Counted from the stretch's first letter, positions 39,326 through 51,135 are shown. The stretch: 64,000 nucleotides of DNA from Vulcanimicrobiota bacterium (GCA_963833095.1 CAWHWQ010000005.1:128001-192000); one strand, 5' to 3'. Notes: a model not told the origin generated them from the sequence alone. Program-made: numbers and translations.

Positions 39326-40365
39326 CGCTCGTCTCGATCGCGACGGCGGTTCCACCGTACGCGCTCGAACAAAACGACGTTGCCGCTCGCGTCCACGCGC
39401 AATTCTCACGATCGCAAATCGTGCAACGCCTGATGCCCGTCTTCAACACGACCGGCATCAGGCGTCGTTATTCATGCGTACCGATTGACTGGTACTACGA
39501 CGCGCAGAGCTGGCCGCAACGCAACAGCGTGTATCTCGAAAGTGCGCAAGCACTGCTCGAAGGTGCTGCGCGGGATGCGCTGGAGCGCGCAAATGTACGC
39601 GCGGCCGACGTCGGCGCCGTGGTCGTCGTCTCGACCACCGGCATCGCCACGCCCAGTCTTGACGCGCGGTTGATCGAACCGCTCGGTCTCTCCCGCACGG
39701 TCAAACGCTTACCCATCTTCGGTCTGGGCTGCGTGGGCGGCGCCGTCGGTCTCGCGCGCGCGGCGGTGATGGCGCAAGCCGTGGCCCCCGCGCCCGTGCT
39801 ATTGCTGGTGGTTGAATTGTGCGCGCTTTGGTTTCGCCGCGACGATACCACCAAGAGCAACATCGTCGCGACCGCGCTTTTCGGTGATGGCGCTGCAGCA
39901 GCAGTTTTACGTGCCGGCGCCGATGGTCCACGCGTTCGAGCGTCAGGAGAATACACGTTTCCCGACACGCTCCGGGTGATGGGATGGGACGTGACCGGCG
40001 ATGGGTTGAGCGCCGTCTTTTCGCGCGACATTCCGCAGCTGGTGCAAAATCAACTCCAACCGGTTGTCGACGCCTACTTAGCGGAGTCGCAACTCACGCG
40101 CGCCGATATCGACGTATTCTTGAGCCACCCGGGAGGCACCAAAGTGCTCGACGCGCTGGAGTCGGCATTCGGCATCGAGCCCGGGTCCCTGCTTGACTCG
40201 CGCGCAGTGCTCACCGAGTACGGCAATATGTCGGCGGTGACGTTACTCTTTGTGCTCGAGCGCGCTCTGCGCGAAGGAGCCCTCACCCAATCGGCCTGGC
40301 GCCGGGCACTTCTCTCCGCGATGGGTCCGGGCTTTACTGCCGCGTTCGTTACCCTCGAACGATGA
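39301..40365 (+). CDS. Type III polyketide synthase (SrsA/BpsA-like)
   Basis: Catalytic triad FGLGC, HPGG, GNMS; ALFGDGA; MGPGF; start uncertain and overlapping HiPIP copy 2. Confidence 0.93.
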   Translation: MHRLGQEIALVSIATAVPPYALEQNDVAARVHAQFSRSQIVQRLMPVFNTTGIRRRYSCVPIDWYYDAQSWPQRNSVYLESAQALLEGAARDALERANVRAADVGAVVVVSTTGIATPSLDARLIEPLGLSRTVKRLPIFGLGCVGGAVGLARAAVMAQAVAPAPVLLLVVELCALWFRRDDTTKSNIVATALFGDGAAAAVLRAGADGPRVRASGEYTFPDTLRVMGWDVTGDGLSAVFSRDIPQLVQNQLQPVVDAYLAESQLTRADIDVFLSHPGGTKVLDALESAFGIEPGSLLDSRAVLTEYGNMSAVTLLFVLERALREGALTQSAWRRALLSAMGPGFTAAFVTLER

Positions 40366-40856
40366 CGCCGCTGCGCTGGATCGTCGCGATCGTGGCGCTG
40401 CTCCGCGTCGCGGAGTTATTCTACGCCGGGAGGAACACGCGCCGCTTGCTCGCGCGCGGTGGCATTGAAGTCGCACCCGAACAGTACCCGTGGTTCGTGG
40501 CGTTGCACGCCGCTTGGCTGCTATCGTTGCTCGTCTTCATCCCGGCGGATACGCCTGTCAACTGGTACCTGCTCGGCGTGTTCGCGCTCGCGCAAGTCGC
40601 GCGCGTCTGGATAATCGCGACCCTGGGCAATTTTTGGACGACGCGCATCATCACGCTCCCCGGGGCTCCGCTCGTACGCCGCGGCCCATACCGGCTTCTG
40701 CGTCATCCTAACTACGCGATCGTCTGTATCGAAATCGCGTCGCTGCCGCTCGCATTTGGCGCATGGCCGGTAGCGTTGTTCTTCACCCTTGCGAACGCAG
40801 GGCTCATAGCTTGGCGAATCCGCATCGAGGACGCGGCTCTTGATGCACGCCGCTAG
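40362..40856 (+). CDS. Isoprenylcysteine carboxyl methyltransferase family (SrsB/BpsB-like)
   Basis: LGNFWTTRI, GPYRLLRHPNY, RIRIED; coupled to the PKS via ATGA. Confidence 0.9.
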   Translation: MTPLRWIVAIVALLRVAELFYAGRNTRRLLARGGIEVAPEQYPWFVALHAAWLLSLLVFIPADTPVNWYLLGVFALAQVARVWIIATLGNFWTTRIITLPGAPLVRRGPYRLLRHPNYAIVCIEIASLPLAFGAWPVALFFTLANAGLIAWRIRIEDAALDARR

Positions 40857-41018
40857 CTGCTTGGCATATGTAGCATAACGACCGCATTGCAGCGAAAAAA
40901 CGGATATTCTTTCGCCAGGTGAAGCAGGCGGTTATTAATAATGGGTTAACGCATAGTTATCCAGCCTATTAGCAGCTCTACGTAGGAGGGGCTTACCACA
41001 CTCTAAAGGAGCAGAACC

Positions 41019-42065
41019 TTGAAACGATTAGCTATCACGCTAGGCGCAGCGCTCGTGCTGTGTACCATGGCGGGTGTCGGGATTGCTTCGGCGCAAACGA
41101 CACCGCCGGCATCAACGAGTACAAGCGGCAGCAACAGCGACACCAGCACAACCGTCGCGCAAGCGCCGGAAAAGAAACCAGCAGCAAAAAAACATCCGCT
41201 CGCGATCATTCACATCCAAGGGATGGCAACCTACATGGTCGGCAGCTCAGATCTGCCGCGTCCTAGTTACAGTTGCGCGGGTGGAACCTGCGGCGCGAAC
41301 GGCAATTATCAATTCGCCGACCCCATCGTGCATCTCAACTATGGCATCGTGATCCCGCTGGCCAACAAACTCACGCTCAGTTATGCTCACTCGTACATCA
41401 ACCAGAACCTGGGCCGGGTCACGACCATCACGAACGCCTATACCTACCAGGTGCTCAATGACGACCGCGTTGACGATGTCGGCCTGAACTACACGTCCGG
41501 CCAAGTCGCGCTCTCAGGCGGATGGCACCAGCGCGTGCGCATGTGCTGCGGCAACTCGGCACCAGGTGACGCTGCCAACCAGACCGCGTATCATTACCTC
41601 TACTTCCAAGGTGGCATCCGCGAAGGCGCGAGCAGCAAGTACTTTGGCAAGATGTTCGGATTGACGCTGCAAGAGGCGTTCGTTCCGCACAACACGACCC
41701 CGTACTTCACTTCGCCAAATTGCGCAAACGGCGCGGCCTCGTGCCCGATCGCGAGCGAGGGCGACAAGTGGAAGTTCACCTACACGCCCAACGTCACGAT
41801 CCCGATCGGTAACCCGAAGACCTCGACGTTCGCCGTCTTCGGCACCTATCTGAACAACTGGGACTACTTCCTCAATGCCCCGATCATGTATCTCTACAAT
41901 GAAGCGGACTATGGCTTCATCGTGAAGTTTCCCCCGGTATTCACGCTTACAGTGAACAACTCGAATCTATACCAATACCATCAGAGCAATCCGTTCTACT
42001 ACCCGAACACAATCAACCGCAACAAGTTGATCGTCGTTCTGGACGCCGCGCTGCCGATTATGTAA
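41019..42065 (+). CDS. Secreted hypothetical protein, probable outer-membrane beta-barrel
   Basis: SD AAGGAG with TTG start, signal peptide ASA-Q, aromatic/Asn-rich amphipathic strands. Confidence 0.65.
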   Translation: MKRLAITLGAALVLCTMAGVGIASAQTTPPASTSTSGSNSDTSTTVAQAPEKKPAAKKHPLAIIHIQGMATYMVGSSDLPRPSYSCAGGTCGANGNYQFADPIVHLNYGIVIPLANKLTLSYAHSYINQNLGRVTTITNAYTYQVLNDDRVDDVGLNYTSGQVALSGGWHQRVRMCCGNSAPGDAANQTAYHYLYFQGGIREGASSKYFGKMFGLTLQEAFVPHNTTPYFTSPNCANGAASCPIASEGDKWKFTYTPNVTIPIGNPKTSTFAVFGTYLNNWDYFLNAPIMYLYNEADYGFIVKFPPVFTLTVNNSNLYQYHQSNPFYYPNTINRNKLIVVLDAALPIM

Positions 42066-42085
42066 TAACTGCGGCGACGTAAACG

Positions 42086-42117
42086 AAAAGGCCCGGTGTT
42101 TTTCACCGGGCCTTTTT
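42086..42117. terminator. Bidirectional intrinsic terminator
   Basis: AAAAGGCCCGGTG-TTTTT-CACCGGGCCTTTTT between convergent genes. Confidence 0.9.
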
Positions 42118-42122
42118 CCTTT

Positions 42123-42163
42123 TGTCATCCTGAGCGTAGGCGCGAAGCGCCGTAGTCGAAGGA
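42123..42163 (+). repeat. REP-like element
   Basis: TGTCATCCTGAGCGTA-GGCGCGAAGCGCC-GTAGTCGAAGGA with internal hairpin; related to 34183-34240. Confidence 0.7.
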
Positions 42164-42174
42164 CCGGCGAGAGC

Positions 42175-42741
42175 CTACTCGAGATCGTTCGGATCCAGCA
42201 CGAAGGCCGTTTCGCATCCAGGGAATCGTAACTCGACCGTTTCCCACTCGCGTCGCGCGCCGTTGATCTCGATCGAGCGCCGGTACGGGTCGATGAGCAC
42301 GACGATCGCCGCGCCATTTTTGTGAAACGCGTCGATGCGTTCGCGGACCTCGCGGCGATTGTCGGTGCGGGAGATGATTTCGAAAACAACGTCGGGACAC
42401 AGCGGCGCGAAACGCTCTTGCTGATCCTCGGTGAGCGCATCCCACTTCCACTTCTGCACCCAAGCAGCGTCCGGACCGTACACGCTCGTATCCGGCAAGC
42501 GAAAGCCGGCCGAGGAATCGAACACGACGCCTTTGCCCTCGCGACGATTCCAGACGCCCAGTTCAAGCGTTAACACGCCGTTTCGGCGGCTGCTGTTGCT
42601 CCCAGCCGGCGGCGTCACGATAATATCCCCGTCGGCACTGCGCTCGAACGACAGCGAACGGTTGCGCAGATTAAGCTCGAGCAGGTCGTCGTCGGAAACG
42701 GGACCCACCCAGTGAATGCGAACGGCGTCAGCACCCATCAT
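42175..42741 (-). CDS. Uma2/DUF820 family PD-(D/E)xK endonuclease-like protein
   Basis: FDSSAGFRLPD...PDAAWV, LCPDVVFEIIS, LIDP. Confidence 0.9.
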   Translation of the reverse strand: MMGADAVRIHWVGPVSDDDLLELNLRNRSLSFERSADGDIIVTPPAGSNSSRRNGVLTLELGVWNRREGKGVVFDSSAGFRLPDTSVYGPDAAWVQKWKWDALTEDQQERFAPLCPDVVFEIISRTDNRREVRERIDAFHKNGAAIVVLIDPYRRSIEINGARREWETVELRFPGCETAFVLDPNDLE

Positions 42742-42814
42742 TTCCTCACCGTTATATCCCACCGAGTCCGCAAAAAACAAGGTTCCCGTTTAGGTGCGCG
42801 ACGACAAACGGGGC

Positions 42815-44002
<1,188 letters not shown>

Positions 44003-44006
44003 TGAG

Positions 44007-46107
44007 TTAATCTCCTTGGCCCTTGGGGCTTGCAGTTGCAACGAGATCTGCGAATTTGCCGTTCGATTCGGCGAGCTTTTTCAAGAGCGGAGCCGGCTCC
44101 CAGCCAAACGCTACGACCTTGTCGTAAACGTTCTTTACGCCGATCTCATCGGCGTACCACATCGGGCCGCCGCGATGCGGCGGGAAGCCGTAGCCATAAA
44201 CGTAGACGATGTCGATGTCGCCTGGGCGAATCGCAACGCCCTCTTCGAGCAGAAACGCGCCGCGATTGACCAGCGCGTAGATCAGGCGATCGCGAATCTC
44301 GTCGTCGGTCACTTCGCGCGGCGCGATGCCGGCCTTCTTGGCTTCTTCTGCGAAGAGCGCTTCGACGTCGGGATCCGGAATCGGCTCGCGGCCTTTGCCG
44401 ACGGCCTTGTCGTACTTGAAGTAACCCGCCCCGGTCTTCTGTCCGAGGCGATTGAGTCTCGACCAAACGATCGACGACGTTGCTGCGGCCCTTGGCCAGA
44501 TCGGCCTTCGATTGCTGGATGTGCCACGCGACGTCGATGCCCGAGAGATCGCTCATCGCGAACGGTCCCATCGGGAAGCCGAACTTCTTGGCGAACTTGT
44601 CGATGCGCGCCGGCGCGACGCCCTCTTCGGCGAGCGCGACCGCTCGCGAGCGTAGTCGAACACCATGCGGTTGCCGATGAAGCCGAACGCGTTGGCCGAG
44701 AGCACGGCGGTCTTGCGCAGCGCTTTGCCGAGTTTGAACGCGGTCGCCAGCGTTTGCGGCGACGTGTCCTTGCCGCGCACGATCTCGAGCAGCGGCATGA
44801 TGTTGGCCGGCACGAAGAAGTGCAGGCCGACGAACTTGTCGGGGCGCTTGGTCACCGCGGCCATTTCGTCGATGTCGAGCGTCGAGGTGTTGGAGGCGAG
44901 GATCGCTTCGGGCTTTACGATCGCGTCGAGTTTGGCGAAGACTTCTTTCTTCACGTCCATGTTCTCAAACACGGCTTCGACGACGACGTCGGCGTCGGCC
45001 AGTTCGTTCCAGTCGTCGGTGAACTGATCGACTGGCCGCGCTTCCAGGCTTCTTCTTGCGTCATGCGGCCCTTCTGCACTTGGTACATGAACATGCCCAT
45101 CACGGTCTGCCGCGCTTTGTCGACGGCTGCGTCGTTGGAGTCGACGACGTGCACCGGGATGCCGGCTTGCGCGAACGTGATCGCGATGCCGGTGCCCATC
45201 GTGCCCGCGCCGATGACGCCGGCCTTCTTGATCTCGAGCGGCTCCGCAGCCGGAAGGCCCGGGATCTTCGCGAGTTCGCGTTCGGCGAAGAACACGTGAC
45301 GCAGCGCTGCCGACGGCGGCCGAGCGCACGAGCTGTTCGAACAGCCGGGCTTCGCGCGCGATGCCGAACGGGAAGGTCAATTCGACCGCGGCTTCGACCG
45401 CGTCGATGAGCTTGTGCGCGGCGAATCCGCCGTTGTCTTCGGGCGGCACCATCTTGTGCGCCTGCGACACGACGAACGGCGCGGCTTTGGCGACGATGCC
45501 TTTGCCGAGGCACGGCTTGCGTCCGAGATGCGGCGCTTGCCGCCTGTCGCGCGAGGTTGATCGCGGCATCGAGCGGATCGCTCTCGACGACTTCGTCGAG
45601 GATGCCCAGTTCCTTGGCCTCGTCCATCTTGACGTTGCGCCCTTGAGCATGAACTCGAGCGCGGCTTGCGCGCCGATCAGGCGCGGCAAGACGTTGCGTT
45701 CCGCCGGCACCCGGCAGCAAGCCGAGCTTGATCTCGGGCAGGCCGACTTTCGCTTCGGCCGGCGCGACGCGATAGTCGCACGCGAGCGCGAGTTCGAGGC
45801 CGCCGCCGAGCGCGTTGCCTTCGATCGCGGCGACGTAGATTTTCTCGCTCTTCTCGATCGCGGCGATCACGTCGCGAATCGTCTTGGTTTCCGGCGTCGG
45901 CTCGGTGGCGAAGTCGTTGACGTCGGCGCCGCCCGAGAAGTGCCCGTTGGCGCCGGTGAACACGACTGCCGTGATACTGGTATCGGCCGCCGCGGCCTCG
46001 ACGATCGGCACGATCTCCGAGAAGGCGAACGAAAGCGCGTTGACCGGCGGATTGTCGAGCGTGAAACGCGCACGCCGTCGTGATCTTGCGTGCGTAATGG
46101 GCGCCAT
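44007..46107 (-). CDS. Bifunctional enoyl-CoA hydratase / 3-hydroxyacyl-CoA dehydrogenase (FadB/PimF-like), multiple frameshifts
   Basis: [75 protein letters not shown] spread over several frames. Confidence 0.88.
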
Positions 46108-46109
46108 GA

Positions 46110-47929
46110 TTACGCTAGCACCGCCGACTTACGATCGAGCTCGAATGCATCTTCGGGCAACGGTCATCACGTCGGCCGAGCCTTCCATGATCTGCTTCTT
46201 GTACTACGCGCCTTGCGACAGCACGTGCGACATGTAGAATTTCGCGGTCGCGAGCTTGGCTTGGTAGAACGGATCCTGATCGCCCGCGGCGATCTTCTCG
46301 GCCGCGATCTGCGCGGCGCGCGCCATCTGCCAGCCGCCGGCGACGACGCCCCACAGCTTGAGGTACGGCACCGAACACGCGAAGGCTTTGTGCAGATCGC
46401 CCATCGCGTTCATGCCGATCCACTGCGAGACTTCCGCCAGCGCGCGAGGCCCTTGAGCAGCGATTCGCCGACGGCTTTCACGTCGGCGTTCTCGTGGGCC
46501 GCGGCTTCTTTGGCGAACTTCTCCATCTTCTTGACCACGGTGGTCGCGGTCGCGCCCATGTCGCGGATCAGCTTGCGTCCGACGAGGTCGAGCGCCTGGA
46601 TGCCGGTCGTGCCTTCGTAGATCGTGGTGATGCGCACGTCGCGGTACTGCTGCGCGATGCCGGTCTCTTCGACGTAGCCCATGCCGCCGAAGACCTGCAG
46701 CGCGTTCGAGCACAGGTCGACGCGGTCTCGGTGCACCAGCCCTTGACGATCGGGATCATCAGCTCGACGAAGGCCTTGTGCTCCTTGCGCACCTTCTCGT
46801 CGGGATGCTTGTTGCGCAAAATCGAGCGAGGCGGCGGTGACGTAGGCGAGCGCGCGCATCGCTTCGATGTTGGCCTTCTGCCACATCAGCATGCGGCGCA
46901 CGTCGGGATGCTCGATGATGCGCACCGGCGTCTTATCGCGCGTGCGGCGTCGGGCAACTGGACGCGCTCCTTGGCGTACTCGAGCGAGTGCTGGTACGCG
47001 CGGTCCGCGACCGCATAGCCTTGCACGCCGACCGAGAAACGCGCCGCGTTCATCATGATGAACATGTATTCGAGGCCGCGATTGGCTTCGCCGACCAGAT
47101 AGCCGATCGCGCCTTTGCCTTTTTCGCCGAAGTTCATCGTGCACGTCGGGTTGCCGTTGATGCCGAGCTTGTGCTCGATGCCGGCGCAGACGATGTCGTT
47201 GCGCTCGCCCAGCGAGCCGTCGGCGTTGACCAGGACCTTCGGAACGATGAAGAGCGAGATGCCCTTGGTGCCTTCCGGCGCGTCGGGCAGACGCGCGAGG
47301 ACGAGGTGAATGATGTTCTCGGCCATGTCGTGCTCGCCGAACGTGATGAAGATCTTCTGTCCGGTGAGCAGGTAGTGGTCGCCCTCGGGCACGGCCTTGG
47401 TGCGAACCTGCGCGAGATCCGAACCGGCTTGCGGCTCGGTGAGACACATCGTGCCCGTCCACTTGCCGGAAACGAGATTCGGAATGTACGTCTGCTTCTG
47501 CTCTTGCGAGCCGCAGAGTTCGATCGCTTCGATCGCGCCTTGGTTGAGCAGCGGACCGTTGGCAAAGCCGATGTTCGCCGCGTTCCACATCTCGAGCGTC
47601 GGCCCGAGCAGGAGCGAGGGCAATCCTTGGCCGCCGTATTCGGCGGGAACCGGAAGACCGATCCAGCCGGCGTCGGCGAATTTTTTATAGGCTTCTTTGA
47701 AGCCTTTGGGCGTCGTGACCTCGCCGTCTTTCCACGTGCAGCCTTCTTTGTCGGCGACGCGATTGAGCGGATCGAGCACGCCGGTGGCAAACGCCGCGGC
47801 CTCTTCGAGAATCGAATCGAGCACGTCCGTCGTGTCCTCGAATCCGGGAAGTTTGGCGACTTCTTCGACGCCTGCGAGTTCGCGCAGGACGAACTGCATG
47901 TCGCGGAGGGGGGCGCGGTACGTGCTCAT
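46110..47929 (-). CDS. Acyl-CoA dehydrogenase, multiple frameshifts
   Basis: MSTYRAPLRD, MCLTEPQAGSD, KIFITFGEHD, EHKLGI, IIEHPDVRRML, QVFGGMGY, IYEGTTGIQA. Confidence 0.9.
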
Positions 47930-47952
47930 CGTGTCGTTTTCTCCCGCGTCGA

Positions 47953-48341
47953 TTAAGCGGCGCTGACGTTGTAGAGTTCGCTGCGCAGTCGAGCGACCGA
48001 GCCTGCGAGCATGTCAAGATACGGAAGCATGGCGGATTTGATGCGTTCGAGTCGCGCGCGGCCTTCTCGGTGATGCGGTAGAAGCGGCGCGAGCGTTTGG
48101 TGGGATGCTCCCACTCGCCGACGACGAAACCGCGCTCCTCTAAACGACGCAACAGCGGATAGATGGTGTTCGTATTCACCGCCAGAAGGCCGGCGCAGAG
48201 ATTCTCGATGCGGGCCATGAGGCCGGAGCCGTGGTCGGGCTCGTCGGCAAGCAAATGCAGGACCAAGACCGGGAAAACGGTCTTCGACTTGATCGGGCCC
48301 CGAAGGACCTCTTCGGCGGGGGCGACCTGCTTGGGACTCAT
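47953..48341 (-). CDS. PadR-family transcriptional regulator (3' frameshift)
   Basis: NTIYPLLRRLEERG..W....RSRRFYRIT. Confidence 0.85.
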
Positions 48342-48370
48342 ATTATATAGAATATTATTAAATCTAATAA
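48341..48370 (-). promoter_or_regulatory. AT-rich leaderless promoter with tandem palindromes (candidate PadR operator)
   Basis: TATTATATAGAATA followed by TATTAAATCTAATA; -10-like TATTCT 7 nt before ATG. Confidence 0.55.
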
Positions 48371-48465
48371 GAGTTCCACCCTGCCAGACATTGGTCGACT
48401 CCCAATGGCGCGAGCGGAGCCGCGCGACTTTTAGCCGGGCAAAGCTTTAGCTTTGCACGATAAAG

Positions 48466-50462
48466 TCATTGGCCGGGGCAGGACTGCCCGACGAGCAAGA
48501 TGCCCTTGAACGCGGCCCTGTCGCTGGTCGGGAAGGGTGCAGCGCCAAAAGGCTTCACGCAGTTCGAGGCAAGCAAGTACGCCATGATGGAGGCGTAAGT
48601 CGTCGGTGACAGCGAGCCGGGCGCGGTCAGCGGCATCTGCTTCGTAACGAACGTTCGCAACGCCGAGATGGTCAGATGCGATTGTCCGAATGCCGATCCG
48701 GCGAGCGCCGGTGCCGACACGCCTTGCAACTGCGCTCCGTGACAGGCCGCGCACGACTGCGTGTACGCGATCTTTCCCGCGGTCACTTGCGCTTGCGTAT
48801 AAGGCGCAGTTCCAGTTTGCATGACGCCGGAGGCAACGACGCTCGCGGCCGCGCTCTGTCCGGTTGTTCCATTGTGCACCGGGTTGGTTGCGCCGACACT
48901 GAACGCTATCACATAGTCGCCGTTCGTAGCCGGAAGATTCGGCGTCTTTTGATTTCCGGGCTCGCCGACCGTCACGACCAAATATTCTTGTCCGTCGATG
49001 CTGTATGACGAAAAAGGTGCGACGATTGCGCTGTGCGTCGCATACGTCCAGAGTTGTTTTCCGGTCTTGGTATCCAGCGCATAGAGATTGCCGGCGAGAT
49101 CGCTCGAGAACGTAAGGCCGGTCGAGGTCACCAGCGCGCCGCCCTGCGCTGGATAGGGCACCGGCGTTCGCCACGCAAGTTTTCCGGTTGAAACGTCCAC
49201 CGCGTTGACGATGCCCGTGCCGTCTTGACGTTTCGTCGGCGGGCCGCCGCGATAATTCTGTCCTTGTTGCCACGGCGGTTGTACCGCGTAACTCCGAAAA
49301 ACGCCGCATTCTTGTGTAACCGGGATGATGAAGTAATTCGTCGCGGCATCGTATGCGCCGCCGTTCCACTCCGCGCCGCCGCCATGATTCGGACAGGCTT
49401 TGAGTCCCGCCGGCGTCGGCGTCATGTCGAGCCCGTATTGATTGGCGACCGGCAAACGGTGCACGACCGCGCCGCTCGCGCGATCGAGAACGACGAAGTC
49501 ACCCGCTTTATCGGCGATCGCCAGGAGATGCCGGCTTTGCCCGTTCACCGTCCCGTCAAAGAGCACCGGCGGCATGGCGGGATCCGCATCGTGCGTATCG
49601 GGGTTGAGGATCTGGTAGTACCACTTCATCTTTGGCTGCGCGCCGGAGATATCGAGCGCGACCACCGAGTCACTGTAGAGATTCTTGCCCTTGCGCGTCG
49701 CGTCGGAGAAGTCCGGTGAGGCATTGCCCGGCGCGATGTAGAGTGTCTTGGTCGTTGGGTCAACCGACAATCCGCCCCAGAGGGCGGCGCCACCGTGTTT
49801 CCAGGAATCGCCGGGCCACGTCTCGTGGCCGGGTTCACCCTGCGCGGGAATCGTGTTCCATTGCCACAGCTTCGAACCGTCGGCAGCGTTGAAGGCTTGG
49901 ATGCTGCCGTTCCCGCCGAAATCGCCACCCGCGACACCAACCAACAACATCGTCTTATACGGATACACGGCCATCGAATACCAGTTGTTGGCCTGATTCG
50001 AACAGCCGGAAACGTTCCACACTTCTTTGCCCGTTGCTGCGTCGAGCGCGCGCACGCGGCAATCTTGCGTCGCGATAAAGACTTTATCAGCGGCGAGGCC
50101 GGCACCACGGTTCGTGGCAAAATCGAGAATCGCCGCTGGCGAGTAGGGCGAATCCCACTTCAGCGCCCCGGTTTTTGCGTCGAGCGCAAGCACGTGGTTG
50201 TGCGGAGTCGTGAGGTACATCACGCCGCTGGCAATGATTGGCGCGGCCTCTTGTTCGCCGACGTCGGCGAGCTGCGTGCTCCAGGCCGGCGCAAGCTGCG
50301 CGACATTTTGCGCCGTGATGGTCGACGTCACAGAACGATTGAAGCCAAGGTTGTATCCGGCGAGCGGCCAATCTCCCGCGGCCGCGGCGTTTGTCCCCGG
50401 TTGAACGATTGTGAGCATCCCGCCAGCATGGTGATCGCAAGAGCGACGGTGACGACCTTCAT
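48466..50462 (-). CDS. PQQ-dependent dehydrogenase beta-propeller with C-terminal cytochrome c, lipoprotein (frameshift near N-terminus)
   Basis: DWP..G, NRG, LDA.TG..W repeats, GNASP, NLYSDSVVALD, CPNHGGGAEW, CAACH...MP; signal MKVVTVALAITMLAG-C from ATG 50462 (SD GAGG) is out of frame with the main ORF. Confidence 0.88.
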
Positions 50463-50477
50463 ATCAGTCCTCGCAAT

Positions 50478-51072
50478 TCATGTGGTGGGATCCGGCAACT
50501 CCTTGAATGATTGTTTGACTCGATATTCACTATACGGATAGCGTGAGCGCAATTCCGCCCACTGCGTGAGCATCTCGTCGCTGTCGGGATCACGCCGGTA
50601 GCGAGTGACGCCGAGATAGTATTGCGCCTCGGGAGCCGCGTAACTCGTCGAGAAGCGGCGCAACACGTCGAGATAACAGCGCTCCGCTTCGTCCCACCGC
50701 TTCAAGCGCAAAAAGGCCAATCCAACGCGCACTGCAAACGCGCGACGAACTCGAACGGCGGCAAGAAGCCGTCCCAGCGATACATCTCGTAGCCGTCGGT
50801 ATTCATAATTCTGATATCCGGCGTCCAGATATGATGAATGGTGTGGAGAAACTGATTGTTCTTCGGGTCTGAGTTGTCGATCTGCACGGGGATCGCGTGC
50901 GCGGTGATCGCTTCTCTGACCAGGTCTTGTGGATACGTCACGGCATCCAGCGCTTGGCATCCCCCTCAACCGGGGTTAAAGATTCCAGGAGAACGAATTT
51001 TCGCTCGTCCTTTGCGCGTTCGAGCATGGCGGTATAATCATGCTGCCAAAAGTCCGCTTCTTGCGTTTCCAT
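50478..51072 (-). CDS. Thioredoxin-fold + TPR protein, putative selenoprotein (U-G-G-C)
   Basis: Stitched: METQEADFWQHDY..AKDERKFVLLE/FNPG-TGA-GGCQALDAVTYP...IWTP...GFLPP/..AAPEAQYYLG; TGA at 50966-50968; two single-base frameshifts. Confidence 0.75.
50930..50949 (-). promoter_or_regulatory. Candidate bacterial SECIS hairpin
   Basis: UGGAUGC-CGUGAC-GUAUCCA starting 16 nt after the in-frame UGA; G in the second loop position. Confidence 0.6.
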
Positions 51073-51135
51073 ATCGTAAGCCTATCACATACCGGCTATG
51101 CTCAGGCAACAGCGGTCGGGCAGACTCTGCCCTCA

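Noticed and set aside
42175..42741. Uma2 nuclease (and SRAP at 9142) as a defence island
   Set aside because: Solitary, common genes with no neighbouring defence or mobility genes
46204..46206. In-frame TAG in the acyl-CoA dehydrogenase (and at about 33302) as pyrrolysine or stop recoding
   Set aside because: Both lie in error-rich stretches at positions where Trp/Tyr is plausible, and TAG is a normal stop for many genes in this window
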